Virus record (IMG/VR): IMGVR_UViG_3300037067_013742
Location: 32,001 to 96,000 of that record
Direction: 5' to 3' (one strand)
Source: a virus
Lineage: Duplodnaviria; Caudoviricetes
Length of the DNA stretch: 64,000 bases
The position numbers and the translations under genes are program-made. The notes under the pieces are model-generated. The model did not search any database. It saw nothing but the letters and a program-made list of their open reading frames with translations, and was not told the origin of the DNA. Of this stretch, positions 9,360 to 17,081 are shown one piece after another. Numbering within the stretch: position 1 is the first letter of the stretch; every line of letters starts with the position of its first letter.

Positions 9360-9542
9360 TTACTTACTTACATCTGAATTAGGAAGAACTTCTTCTTTTA
9401 GGAGGCGGGCGAACTCATCCTCCTGATTAGCGATGTACTCGTTGTACTGAGTCTCTTCTTCGAGTGATTCGACTTCTTGGGCGATCTCTTCGTCCTCCAG
9501 GTAGTCATCGTACCAATCCTGAAGGTTCTGTTTCTTAGCCAC
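9360..9542 (-). CDS. small acidic protein
   Basis: GAGG RBS, D/E-rich. Confidence 0.6.
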   Translation of the reverse strand: MAKKQNLQDWYDDYLEDEEIAQEVESLEEETQYNEYIANQEDEFARLLKEEVLPNSDVSK

Positions 9543-9686
9543 CTAACTTACCTCACATTCCTTTCATGAGACACGGACACACTACAAAGGGCATTACTAT
9601 TAGTAGAATCATCCAGATGAACCAGTCAAGCTTATTGGGTTGGGGCCCACTAAAAAGATGGTTCTTTTCGTTGTCATCATCCATGG

Positions 9687-9866
9687 TTACGCCCAATCCT
9701 CGAAGTCGATGGCTGAGTAACCCTTGGTCTCGAGCCGCTTCCCCGCCTCCTCCCAGATATCCTCAATCTCACGATCGGACATCTGTTCTGCCATTATCTC
9801 ACGACAGCGAGCACACTCTGCCATGATGACATCATCCTTCGATCCACAGATGTGACACTTAGCCAT
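9687..9866 (-). CDS. small zinc-finger protein (not in ORF track)
   Basis: AGGAG RBS; MAKCHICG...ECARC...DFEDWA*, 59 aa. Confidence 0.6.
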   Translation of the reverse strand: MAKCHICGSKDDVIMAECARCREIMAEQMSDREIEDIWEEAGKRLETKGYSAIDFEDWA

Positions 9867-9868
9867 CG

Positions 9869-9969
9869 TTATCTCCTATAAGAGTAGATGCCCTTCTTCC
9901 AGCTCTTGAGGACCTCTTCGGCATCTTCTGCCCGGCGGAAGTAATCCGACTCCTATATTATGGACCACA
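9869..9969 (-). pseudogene. displaced 3' end of a CGPYSRES-motif gene
   Basis: CGP* then, after a 1-nt shift, ESDYFRRAEDAEEVLKSWKKGIYSYRR*, aligning with the C-terminus of 10654..10875. Confidence 0.65.
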
Positions 9970-9988
9970 TTTGTGATACTCTCTATTT

Positions 9989-10657
9989 ATGGATACTAAA
10001 GTTTGCATATCTTGTGGTCAAGATCTTCCCTTGACGGAGTACTGGTTTCAGAATAAAAGTTTAGGGAAACTTTGGGCTTCTTGTCGAAAGTGTGCTTCTT
10101 ACCATCGTGTCTATGGAGTATATCCGAATGGAGATCGGATTATTAAACCCCTTTACAAAACCTGTCGAGCTTGTGGTCTGACCTTCCCTCTAAATGCCGA
10201 ACATTTTCCCATTAATATGACGAGGGTTGATCGATATGGCCATCCGCTTGTGGTTTATCGCTCTCTTTGTAAAACGTGTCGCGCTCGTGGTCGTCGCAAG
10301 TCGAATGTTGAAGAGAGACATATGAATGCCTGGGCTCTTTTACAGAATAAGATTAGGGCTATGAAGGAATTAAGTCCTGATCTCGCTTGTTGTCGTTGTG
10401 GTTTCCAGGGCCACCCAAGTGCCTTTGATTTTCATCATCTTGACCCGGTGAAGAAGGAATCTGCGATTGCGCGACTTCTTCGTCAAAGGAGATTCCTTAC
10501 AGAGAAACAATGGACTCGAGTTCTTGCGGAATTGTTAGGATGCGTTCTTCTTTGTAGAAATTGTCACTCTGTAATTCACTGTTCTGTGCTTGAGGATGGT
10601 TCGCCAAATCCTGATTATGTCCATACCACGAAAGGGCCATTGGTCCAGTATCCCTAG
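9989..10657 (+). CDS. HNH homing endonuclease with tandem zinc ribbons
   Basis: CxxC pairs, FDFHHLDP..K, CVLLCRNCHSVIH. Confidence 0.88.
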   Translation: MDTKVCISCGQDLPLTEYWFQNKSLGKLWASCRKCASYHRVYGVYPNGDRIIKPLYKTCRACGLTFPLNAEHFPINMTRVDRYGHPLVVYRSLCKTCRARGRRKSNVEERHMNAWALLQNKIRAMKELSPDLACCRCGFQGHPSAFDFHHLDPVKKESAIARLLRQRRFLTEKQWTRVLAELLGCVLLCRNCHSVIHCSVLEDGSPNPDYVHTTKGPLVQYP

Positions 10658-10875
10658 CGAGCAGCCCACTTTCCAGAATCAAGAGCCTCTTGTGCCTCTT
10701 CCTCAGTTTTCCAGTATCGTAGGGACTCCCTTGAGTAAGGACCACAGTGATCACACCAGGTTCCGATGTAGTATCCGGCGGCAGACTGACACACCCGGAA
10801 GGGAAGGTCTTTGTCGCACTCGTCACAGTGAGCCATTGTCTTTTCCAGAGAGAGCATTGTTTCGCCGCGAAGCAT
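10654..10875 (-). CDS. small phage protein (SAAGYYIG...CGPYSRES motif)
   Basis: GGAGG RBS before 10875; CxxC pairs. Confidence 0.7.
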   Translation of the reverse strand: MLRGETMLSLEKTMAHCDECDKDLPFRVCQSAAGYYIGTWCDHCGPYSRESLRYWKTEEEAQEALDSGKWAAR

Positions 10876-10877
10876 CT

Positions 10878-11090
10878 CTACCTCCAAGCGTCGGAATCTG
10901 TTCTTACCCACAGGGCAATACCGTGCTCATCTACGTTACCCTCGAACCGCCTGATCGTGTGGGTGTCATCTACAAGAGACCTGAGAAGAACTTCAGCCGT
11001 TGTCTCTCCCCGCTCGTAGGCTAGAGTCTCATAGCCCCAGATGTTGAAGAGGAAGCGTGCGTCTTCTTCGGTTGGCGGCGAATACAACAT
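10878..11090 (-). CDS. hypothetical protein
   Basis: Tiled ORF with GGAGG upstream. Confidence 0.55.
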   Translation of the reverse strand: MLYSPPTEEDARFLFNIWGYETLAYERGETTAEVLLRSLVDDTHTIRRFEGNVDEHGIALWVRTDSDAWR

Positions 11091-11093
11091 CTC

Positions 11094-11354
11094 TCAACCC
11101 TCCACTGTGAGTAGTCTCCAGATGGAGTTGTCATAGTCCATATAGAATGGATACCAGAGGTTGTTGTGCCAGTCACCTCCGATCGAGATGATAAGGAGTC
11201 CTACTGCCACCAGGATGGAGATGTGAGCGGCCGTCCAGATCCCCTCTTCCTTGAGGAATTCTTTTACGACGGGCCACCCACCCAGATAGGTGATCTGTCC
11301 AGTGATGAGGAGTGTAATGCCGGCGACAATAAGACCCATTGCTATGTAAAGCAT
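11094..11354 (-). CDS. two-TM membrane protein
   Basis: Start moved to MLYIAMG (AAGGGG RBS; the longer ORF is poorly supported). Confidence 0.6.
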   Translation of the reverse strand: MLYIAMGLIVAGITLLITGQITYLGGWPVVKEFLKEEGIWTAAHISILVAVGLLIISIGGDWHNNLWYPFYMDYDNSIWRLLTVEG

Positions 11355-11495
11355 CTTTATCCCCTTATAAGTCCAAGAGCTATTACTGCCATTACTATCG
11401 TAAGAACTACCGTCTCTACTCCTAGAATCATTATGGCTAGAATCCAGTGAGAAATCCATCTGATTAGTGAGTAGAACATGTTGGTCCTATTGTGT

Positions 11496-11547
11496 TGGTG
11501 CTGGCGACCAGATTTGAACTGGTAAGGGTTTCCCCATAAGTTCCTAG
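11496..11547 (-). pseudogene. 3' half of a split tRNA-Leu gene
   Basis: TAGGA-ACTTA, long variable arm, ACCAG-TTCAAAT-CTGGT, CGCCAGC-ACCA. Confidence 0.8.
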
Positions 11548-11561
11548 GTCTGTCTTCGATA

Positions 11562-11649
11562 TGGTGCCGCAGCCCGGATTCGAACCGGGACGGGATTACT
11601 CCCATGAGCTTCTAAGGCTCACATGTCTCGCCAGTTCCATCACTGCGGC
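11562..11649 (-). tRNA. tRNA-Leu(TAG)
   Basis: GCCGCAG/CTGCGGC acceptor, TGAGC-CTTAGAA-GCTCA anticodon arm, long variable arm, TTCGAAT loop, encoded ACCA. Confidence 0.93.
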
Positions 11650-12133
11650 GTTTGTTTCTAGCTCCCCACGTCTCGGTTTGCTGATGGCAATTTGGACAGA
11701 GGAGTCTAAGGTTTTCTAATCTGTGGTCAGTATGAATGCCGTTCTTATGATCTACGTGGAGTCTTATCTTGTTACCTAACCAGGAATCAATCCCGCATAT
11801 CTCACAGCGTAGCATCCTGCCGATTTGGACTAGTCGTTTTAGTAGTCTCGATGGTTGATAGGAAGAGTTCTCTGAGAAGACCTCTTCATCTGGGACTGTG
11901 TTCTTTCTTACTGTTTGTCGGACGATCTCGGAGGTTTTCGCAGTCTTTCCCTTTGCCCAACCCTGACCTGTAAAGTGTTCGGTTGGTATTAGTAGGTTTC
12001 TGATCTTGCCATTTATATATCGGTAGTTTCCGCCGGTCCTTTTTAGACCAAGAGTATCTAGGACTTGTCCGATGGATGTGCAGTTTATTACTACTGGAGC
12101 TAGCACCTCGTGGGTATACTTGGATTGTCTCAT
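11612..12133 (-). CDS. HNH homing endonuclease
   Basis: CEICG..WLG..LHVDHKNG..DHRLENLRLLCPNCHQQT; its stop codon is the tRNA anticodon TAG. Confidence 0.92.
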   Translation of the reverse strand: MRQSKYTHEVLAPVVINCTSIGQVLDTLGLKRTGGNYRYINGKIRNLLIPTEHFTGQGWAKGKTAKTSEIVRQTVRKNTVPDEEVFSENSSYQPSRLLKRLVQIGRMLRCEICGIDSWLGNKIRLHVDHKNGIHTDHRLENLRLLCPNCHQQTETWGARNKRRSDGTGETCEP

Positions 12134-12163
12134 TCACTGATTATAGCATACACGCTTCGCTCC

Positions 12164-12199
12164 CTGAACTTACGTGTATGCCAATTCCACCACGCCAGC
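12164..12199 (-). pseudogene. 5' half of a split tRNA-Leu gene
   Basis: GCTGGCG-TG-GTGGAATTGGCATACAC-G-TAAGT; acceptor and anticodon strands complement the half at 11496..11547. Confidence 0.8.
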
Positions 12200-12341
12200 A
12201 GAAAGAAATGCCCTGCAGCATATCCAGGGCTTAGAGGAGGCTTTGGATCTCTTCGATTATTGTTTTTCTATTGGTTGGTAGTGCAATGAAGACCGGGATT
12301 CCTAGCTTGGAATATCTTCTAATAAGAATTTTATAGGGGTT

Positions 12342-12620
12342 TTAGCATCCGTAGATGGAGTGATACATTTCAATGAAGGGGTTAGGTGGGCAGCCTTCCT
12401 GATCCAGCAGGGTCTCCAACCTTTCCGACAGTTCGGTATGCCTGCTTACGTTCTTGGGCGTGGGGTTACATTCCTCCAGCTCGTACATTTCTCCATATGC
12501 CAAGACGGTATCTTGGTTGAATGCCCTCAGTAGGGCTTCTGGATTCTCTGGATAGAGTTCCTTAGCCAATGGGACAAGATCCATCTGATTTGCGGCGAGA
12601 TCTTTTTCTTCTGGGGTCAT
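12342..12620 (-). CDS. hypothetical protein
   Basis: GAGG RBS before MTPEEKD. Confidence 0.55.
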   Translation of the reverse strand: MTPEEKDLAANQMDLVPLAKELYPENPEALLRAFNQDTVLAYGEMYELEECNPTPKNVSRHTELSERLETLLDQEGCPPNPFIEMYHSIYGC

Positions 12621-12667
12621 CTTATTTTCCTCAGAGGTTTCCGCAGTTTTCCACTTTTGGAAGGTGG

Positions 12668-12856
12668 TCATTGCTCTAGCCCTTCCGCATATCCTCTCGC
12701 GAAAACTCCGAGAGAGACTTCTGTCTCTTCGTATGTGTCGTAGTCCCATTCTTCGGCTATTGCATTGCTTACTCCAGAGCTAACCGAGTCGAGAATCTCT
12801 TCGATTCGGTCCTGTGTTTTTTCGTCGAGTTTGACCGCGATATATAGGACTCTCAT
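12668..12856 (-). CDS. small acidic protein
   Basis: GGAG RBS. Confidence 0.55.
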   Translation of the reverse strand: MRVLYIAVKLDEKTQDRIEEILDSVSSGVSNAIAEEWDYDTYEETEVSLGVFARGYAEGLEQ

Positions 12857-12896
12857 CTGTATCTCCAGAGTTGTTTAGGTTAGTTATCTTCGAGGA

Positions 12897-13350
12897 GAGA
12901 AAGGGTGACTTCCATCTGTGCTAATGACCCAGATTTACTCGCTATAAGCGCCGTAACAGGTCTCCAACTACACTCCTATAGCGAGTTTCTCCTAGGATTC
13001 AAGCCTTACCTAGGATGGCTGGGCTGCTTAGTAGGAATCGAACCTACCTCTACGTCATCTCACCAGAATACGATAAGCAGCTTTGAGCAGAGTGTGGTAT
13101 CAGGTTCCAGGAGTTCTATTGCAATAAAGGTTACTCCCGGATTACCGAGTCCATGCCCTTGGACTCACCTGTTTGTCTTCTGCATGGGTGAATCACCAGT
13201 CTTCGGCGGGCTATCACCATTACCAGCATCAGACTAGCTATACCACTAGCTAACTACCCCATGGCGCCTTAGCGAGGTAGATTCATTTGGTGAGGGCTAC
13301 TCCTAGACTAAGTCTAGCTGCACCCAGATTAGGTGTTGCTTCGCCCTCAA
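12897..13350 (-). ncRNA. structured non-coding RNA cluster with tRNA-like elements
   Basis: Gap of about 500 nt in the minus-strand gene tiling, filled with nested stems, a potential pseudoknot and two CCA-ended units. Confidence 0.65.
13020..13081 (-). ncRNA. anticodon-less tRNA-like RNA
   Basis: GCTGCTTA/TAAGCAGC + CCA, D-like loop with GG, GTAGG-TTCGATT-CCTAC T arm, no anticodon arm. Confidence 0.7.
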
Positions 13351-13366
13351 AGACTTTCGAAAGAAC

Positions 13367-13693
13367 TCACGTCCACTGAAGAGGCACCGGCTTACCCTTC
13401 TTTCCGTAGCGATCGGTCGTCTGCTGCGATCCCCCCGAGAAGGGCTGATAGCCACCTGTCCTGACCTCCACGTCCACTCCCGCTGCGTTCTTCACCTTGG
13501 TGGTGGTGACGGGCTTGTAGACCGGATCGAGGGCCACTGGGCGCTTCCCCAGTTCACGAGTGATGGCCTGGTGGAGCTGAGGGCAGAGCTTCTTGTCTGT
13601 CCTGTCCAGAACGGCCTGGAGCTCGTCGTTGTTCAGGGTGGCGATGTGGGCGACACGTCCGGTCGGAAGGGTCACGGTCTTGTTGCTCTTCAT
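13367..13693 (-). CDS. hypothetical protein (GC-rich codons)
   Basis: AGGAG RBS, codon bias. Confidence 0.7.
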   Translation of the reverse strand: MKSNKTVTLPTGRVAHIATLNNDELQAVLDRTDKKLCPQLHQAITRELGKRPVALDPVYKPVTTTKVKNAAGVDVEVRTGGYQPFSGGSQQTTDRYGKKGKPVPLQWT

Positions 13694-13706
13694 GTTGTTC
13701 TCCTGT

Positions 13707-14018
13707 CTAGTTGAGGTCAGAACTCTCGTTCTCCATGTCTCGGGCCATTCGGATGACTTCTTCGAGCTGAGCGGCGAAAGAAATCAGAACTAGCCCTGCC
13801 GCTGCCAGGAGGGCTCTCTGATCTACCGAGAAGAGCTTCTGCTCGACGGCCATGTCGGTCTCGACCAGGTGCGTGATGCTTCTGGCGGTCTGCTTTACCT
13901 CGGCCAGGAGAAGGGCTACCGGCTCCGTTACGACCTTTGCGTCTTCTTCTCTACTCATCGTCTTCCTCCCATCGACACGGACACTGTGCGTTGTCGCACC
14001 GTTGCTTTGGACACTCAC
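13707..14018 (-). CDS. hypothetical protein
   Basis: Tiled ORF; start uncertain. Confidence 0.55.
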   Translation of the reverse strand: MSVQSNGATTHSVRVDGRKTMSREEDAKVVTEPVALLLAEVKQTARSITHLVETDMAVEQKLFSVDQRALLAAAGLVLISFAAQLEEVIRMARDMENESSDLN

Positions 14019-14101
14019 ACTGATCGAGCTCTTCTCCGCAGTTCGTACAGTACCGAGGGGGAAGCTCGTCGCATCCTACTTCTTCCCAGAGAGATTCGTC
14101 C

Positions 14102-14299
14102 CTAGGCATTCTCACCTCCTACCATTACGATAGGAGTCATCGTGACGTCGCTCTGGGGCATTGTGTGGCCGCGAAAGAGACGGAGGTTCTGAACTGGCCT
14201 GTAGAGCTCCACATGAGCATCGAACCGGCGATTGACGATCATCGCATTGCCGCGGGCGAACTCACCGATTCTCTTCTGGAACATCTCGCTGATGGTCAT
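14102..14299 (-). CDS. hypothetical protein
   Basis: AGGAGG RBS. Confidence 0.6.
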   Translation of the reverse strand: MTISEMFQKRIGEFARGNAMIVNRRFDAHVELYRPVQNLRLFRGHTMPQSDVTMTPIVMVGGENA

Positions 14300-14343
14300 G
14301 TTAGAACCTCCTGAGTTATACGGTCACTTGTTCTCGAAGAAAC

Positions 14344-14685
14344 TTATTCTGCCGGAACCTCCGAGTCGTTCAGGGAATGATAAAGACGATCCCTCAGCAA
14401 ATCTCTCAGAGTGATCTTTCCGTTGGAGCAGTCGTAGCACCGACCTCTGCTGTAGGGGCCGACGTACTCTCCCGTTCCGTGGCACTTGGGGCAGACCTCC
14501 ACGGCGATGCTCTTGGGGTCTTCGATGACCACCGAGAAGTTCTCGTCCGCCCTGACGCAGACGTACTTTCCCAGGAGCTCCGTGGGCGGCTCACCCACCA
14601 GGCGATTCTGCTTCAGGAACTCGCCGACTCTCATCTGCCACCTTGCCAGGTTGAACTTGGTCACGAGCGTTCTCTCTACCTTCAT
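14344..14685 (-). CDS. protein with DnaJ-type zinc finger
   Basis: GGAGG RBS; CPKCHGTG...CYDCSNG. Confidence 0.7.
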   Translation of the reverse strand: MKVERTLVTKFNLARWQMRVGEFLKQNRLVGEPPTELLGKYVCVRADENFSVVIEDPKSIAVEVCPKCHGTGEYVGPYSRGRCYDCSNGKITLRDLLRDRLYHSLNDSEVPAE

Positions 14686-14778
14686 GTTTGACTACCTCCA
14701 TTGAAGTTAGAAAGAATTTATGGGTGGGTTCTTTTGAACGAAGTGGTTGGCGGGCAACACACTATTCTGCTGATAAGA

Positions 14779-14991
14779 CTACTTCCTAGGATCCCAATTA
14801 GCAGGAGCTTCGGGGATATTGGCTTTAGGATGGTCATACCAGCAATTAGTTCTTGGCTTGAGTGATACGCCGGCAGGAGAGAAATGATGTGAGGCTTCAG
14901 TTCGAGGGATGTCTGACTGGAGAGACGCGAGGAGAATTGGATTAGCTTCGGGAGTGCGATAGATTCCCGTCCACCACTTACCTGGATACAT
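14779..14991 (-). CDS. hypothetical protein
   Basis: GGAGG RBS within the upstream gene. Confidence 0.5.
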   Translation of the reverse strand: MYPGKWWTGIYRTPEANPILLASLQSDIPRTEASHHFSPAGVSLKPRTNCWYDHPKANIPEAPANWDPRK

Positions 14992-15205
14992 TCTCTACCC
15001 TCCTAAGTCTTTTTCTACACCAGTAAAGTGTTTTGGTCTTCTCGAAGCCTGACTTGGTTGTCTTTACGAGAGCCGTCTGCTCTTCGTTATTTACGGAGAT
15101 GACTGTATAACCCACAAGTTCAGTTTTGTGGACATACTCTCCGGGGAGAATTTCGATAGTCTTGAGTCTTTCGATCTCTCTTCTTGTTTCTTCGGCTCGA
15201 GACAT
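14978..15205 (-). CDS. hypothetical protein
   Basis: AGGAG RBS directly after the tRNA-like CCA. Confidence 0.6.
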   Translation of the reverse strand: MSRAEETRREIERLKTIEILPGEYVHKTELVGYTVISVNNEEQTALVKTTKSGFEKTKTLYWCRKRLRRVENVSR

Positions 15206-15214
15206 TGTTTCTCC

Positions 15215-15294
15215 TGGTGCCCGGTAAGGGACTTGAACCCTTATGTAACCAGTTACCTTTTCTACCGTTTATAGGACGGAGAGGATACCCGGGC
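15215..15294 (-). tRNA. atypical tRNA-like RNA, TAT (Ile) anticodon, no canonical D arm
   Basis: GCCCGG/CCGGGC + ACCA, TAAGGG-TTCAAGT-CCCTTA T arm, CCGT-CCTATAA-ACGG arm, GTAACTGGTTAC segment between anticodon and T arms. Confidence 0.65.
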
Positions 15295-15420
15295 GTTTAT
15301 TCTTACGGTCCGAGAGAACATCATTTAGGTTTAGCCGCTTTTGAGACCCTGGCGGCGCATCATTACCTCCATGTGGTTATCTCTTTATTTCTTATACACT
15401 ATATCTAAAAGAAATTCATT

Positions 15421-16005
15421 TTAGAAGGGGCATGTGTCTTCCCGCCAGTTTGAGAAGTTGTGGCAGGAGTTGCAGGCTTCCTCGTTTGAGCCGGGATCAC
15501 AGTTGCTGCAAGATCGGATGGGAGACTCTTCCTCTCTGGGCAGAGCGGCTTCCAGAATGAGCGCTAGGGCCTGAGTAACCCGACCCTCATGGATGTGAAG
15601 GATGAGACTCTTCGCCAGCTCTCGATCGATCAGAGGGGCCTTTACGGGGGACTGATAACGTGCGTTGTCCCTCAGCTCCGCGTTCTCCCTTTCGAAGTTG
15701 CCCAGGTCTCTGGTGAGACGAGATTTAGTCTCTTCCAGGTCTTTGATATACCTCTCTCGAGCGGTTGCCTCTACGTTGGCCTCGTTCAGATTTTGCTGGA
15801 GGCTGTCGACCTTGGTTTCGAGCTCTGCCCTGTCGGGGCCGTACATCTCTGCTCGGATCTTCTCCAGGGCCTTGGTGTAGGCTGGGATATCTCCATCCCT
15901 CAAGGCGAAGACGAGGTCGTTCCCATCCTTCAGTCCGCAGTTGGTCAGTTCGCGGATCATCTTGATGGTAGAGATGGGCTGAAGGATTTTGATCTCACTG
16001 GTCAT
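15421..16005 (-). CDS. ribosomal L7/L12 CTD-like domain + coiled coil + zinc ribbon
   Basis: IKMIRELTNCGLKDGNDLV; C-terminal CSNC...CNSC; paralog of 20230..20817. Confidence 0.7.
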   Translation of the reverse strand: MTSEIKILQPISTIKMIRELTNCGLKDGNDLVFALRDGDIPAYTKALEKIRAEMYGPDRAELETKVDSLQQNLNEANVEATARERYIKDLEETKSRLTRDLGNFERENAELRDNARYQSPVKAPLIDRELAKSLILHIHEGRVTQALALILEAALPREEESPIRSCSNCDPGSNEEACNSCHNFSNWREDTCPF

Positions 16006-16041
16006 TGGAATCTCCTACTTGGTGAGGTCGATCCCCCTCAG

Positions 16042-16188
16042 TCAGTTGTCCGTGATGTCCTCGCCCTCCTCCACTGAGGGGTTGTTGACTTCGATGTTGT
16101 AGTCATACTCGGTGGTGTCGTACCACTCCTCCTCGTCGAACTCCCTCTCGTGGATGGTCTCGAAGATCTCGTCCTGCTCATCCGTCAT
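16042..16188 (-). CDS. very acidic 48-aa protein (not in ORF track)
   Basis: MTDEQDEIFETIHEREFDEEEWYDTTEYDYNIEVNNPSVEEGEDITDN; AAGGTAGG leader; GC-rich codons. Confidence 0.65.
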   Translation of the reverse strand: MTDEQDEIFETIHEREFDEEEWYDTTEYDYNIEVNNPSVEEGEDITDN

Positions 16189-16220
16189 GTGAACCTACCT
16201 TTCTCTTGATTTAGGAGAAA

Positions 16221-16430
16221 CTACTCGTTATCGAGTTCTACGGTTTCTTCTTCTTGGCACTTGCGGAGGGAGATGCTTCTTGCCGCGCCACAAGACCAAC
16301 GACACTTCTTCAGTCGTCCTTTTGTGGGACAAGATTCATCAACCCAGTTGCATATCTCTATGAAGGGACATCCTACTCCCGCGGGGATATTTCCATCTAT
16401 TAGGGAATTAGAATTCAAATGATCTTTCAT
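16221..16430 (-). CDS. small Cys-rich protein
   Basis: AGGTAGG leader; six Cys. Confidence 0.5.
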   Translation of the reverse strand: MKDHLNSNSLIDGNIPAGVGCPFIEICNWVDESCPTKGRLKKCRWSCGAARSISLRKCQEEETVELDNE

Positions 16431-16956
16431 CTACCTACCTCTTACCAGAGTGATAGTAACAGAAGGATTTCTCTGGGAGGTTTGCATCGAGCAATCGACT
16501 ATCCCCAGGAGATAGAGGACCGCGAAGATGGCTATGATGATGCCGAGAGTTTCAGTGACGCTTCTCATTTGGTGGCCTCTTTGAGTTCTACGGTCTTTCG
16601 GGCGAGACACTCATTACAGCAATAACCAGAGTGCGTTACTTCTCCTCCCATCGGCCAACAGAAAGACTTCCAACATATCTGACAAGTAAACCAAAGAGCT
16701 TTCAAGGTTTTGTTATTGTTAGACATTACACAGGAAGTAGTAAGAACTTATTCTCTTCAGTGAAGACTTGAGGCTTTTATAGAGAAAGGCTGATTGTTAT
16801 AAAGATAGATCGAAGAACCAGTCTTTATGATTATCTTATCGCGCGCCTTTTGGTAGCGCGCTCGAAGGCCAAGCGAAGCGTTAGGCTGAAGAGCAAGCTC
16901 CAAAGGCAAGCGATAGAAGCAGTCTTTCAGTCATTCTCTACAATAAATCCTTTCTA

Positions 16957-16986
16957 TATATAGGGAGTTTCAAAACATCGTGTCAA
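16957..16986 (-). promoter_or_regulatory. sigma70-type promoter
   Basis: Minus strand TTGACA-18 nt-TATATA in an intergenic gap. Confidence 0.55.
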
Positions 16987-17081
16987 GTAGATTAGGGTGA
17001 GAAACGGATTGTCGCTGTTTGCGCTTGTATCGCCGTTATGTCTTCCGGCTTTTTATTGCGTCATAGGTAAAAGTCTATCAG

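Noticed and set aside
11548-12163. Group I intron in tRNA-Leu
   Set aside because: The insert is fully accounted for by promoter, HNH ORF and a second tRNA; there is no room for a ribozyme core.
12897-13350. tmRNA, RNase P RNA or hammerhead ribozyme
   Set aside because: No Ala-type GGGG/CCACCA ends with G3:U70, no GAGGAAAGUCC core, and CTGATG is not followed by the hammerhead A...GAAA arrangement.
14715-14780. SAM-I riboswitch (minus strand CTTATCAGCAG...GCCAACC)
   Set aside because: Only fragments match; the kink-turn P2 and the closing GAT of P1 were not found.
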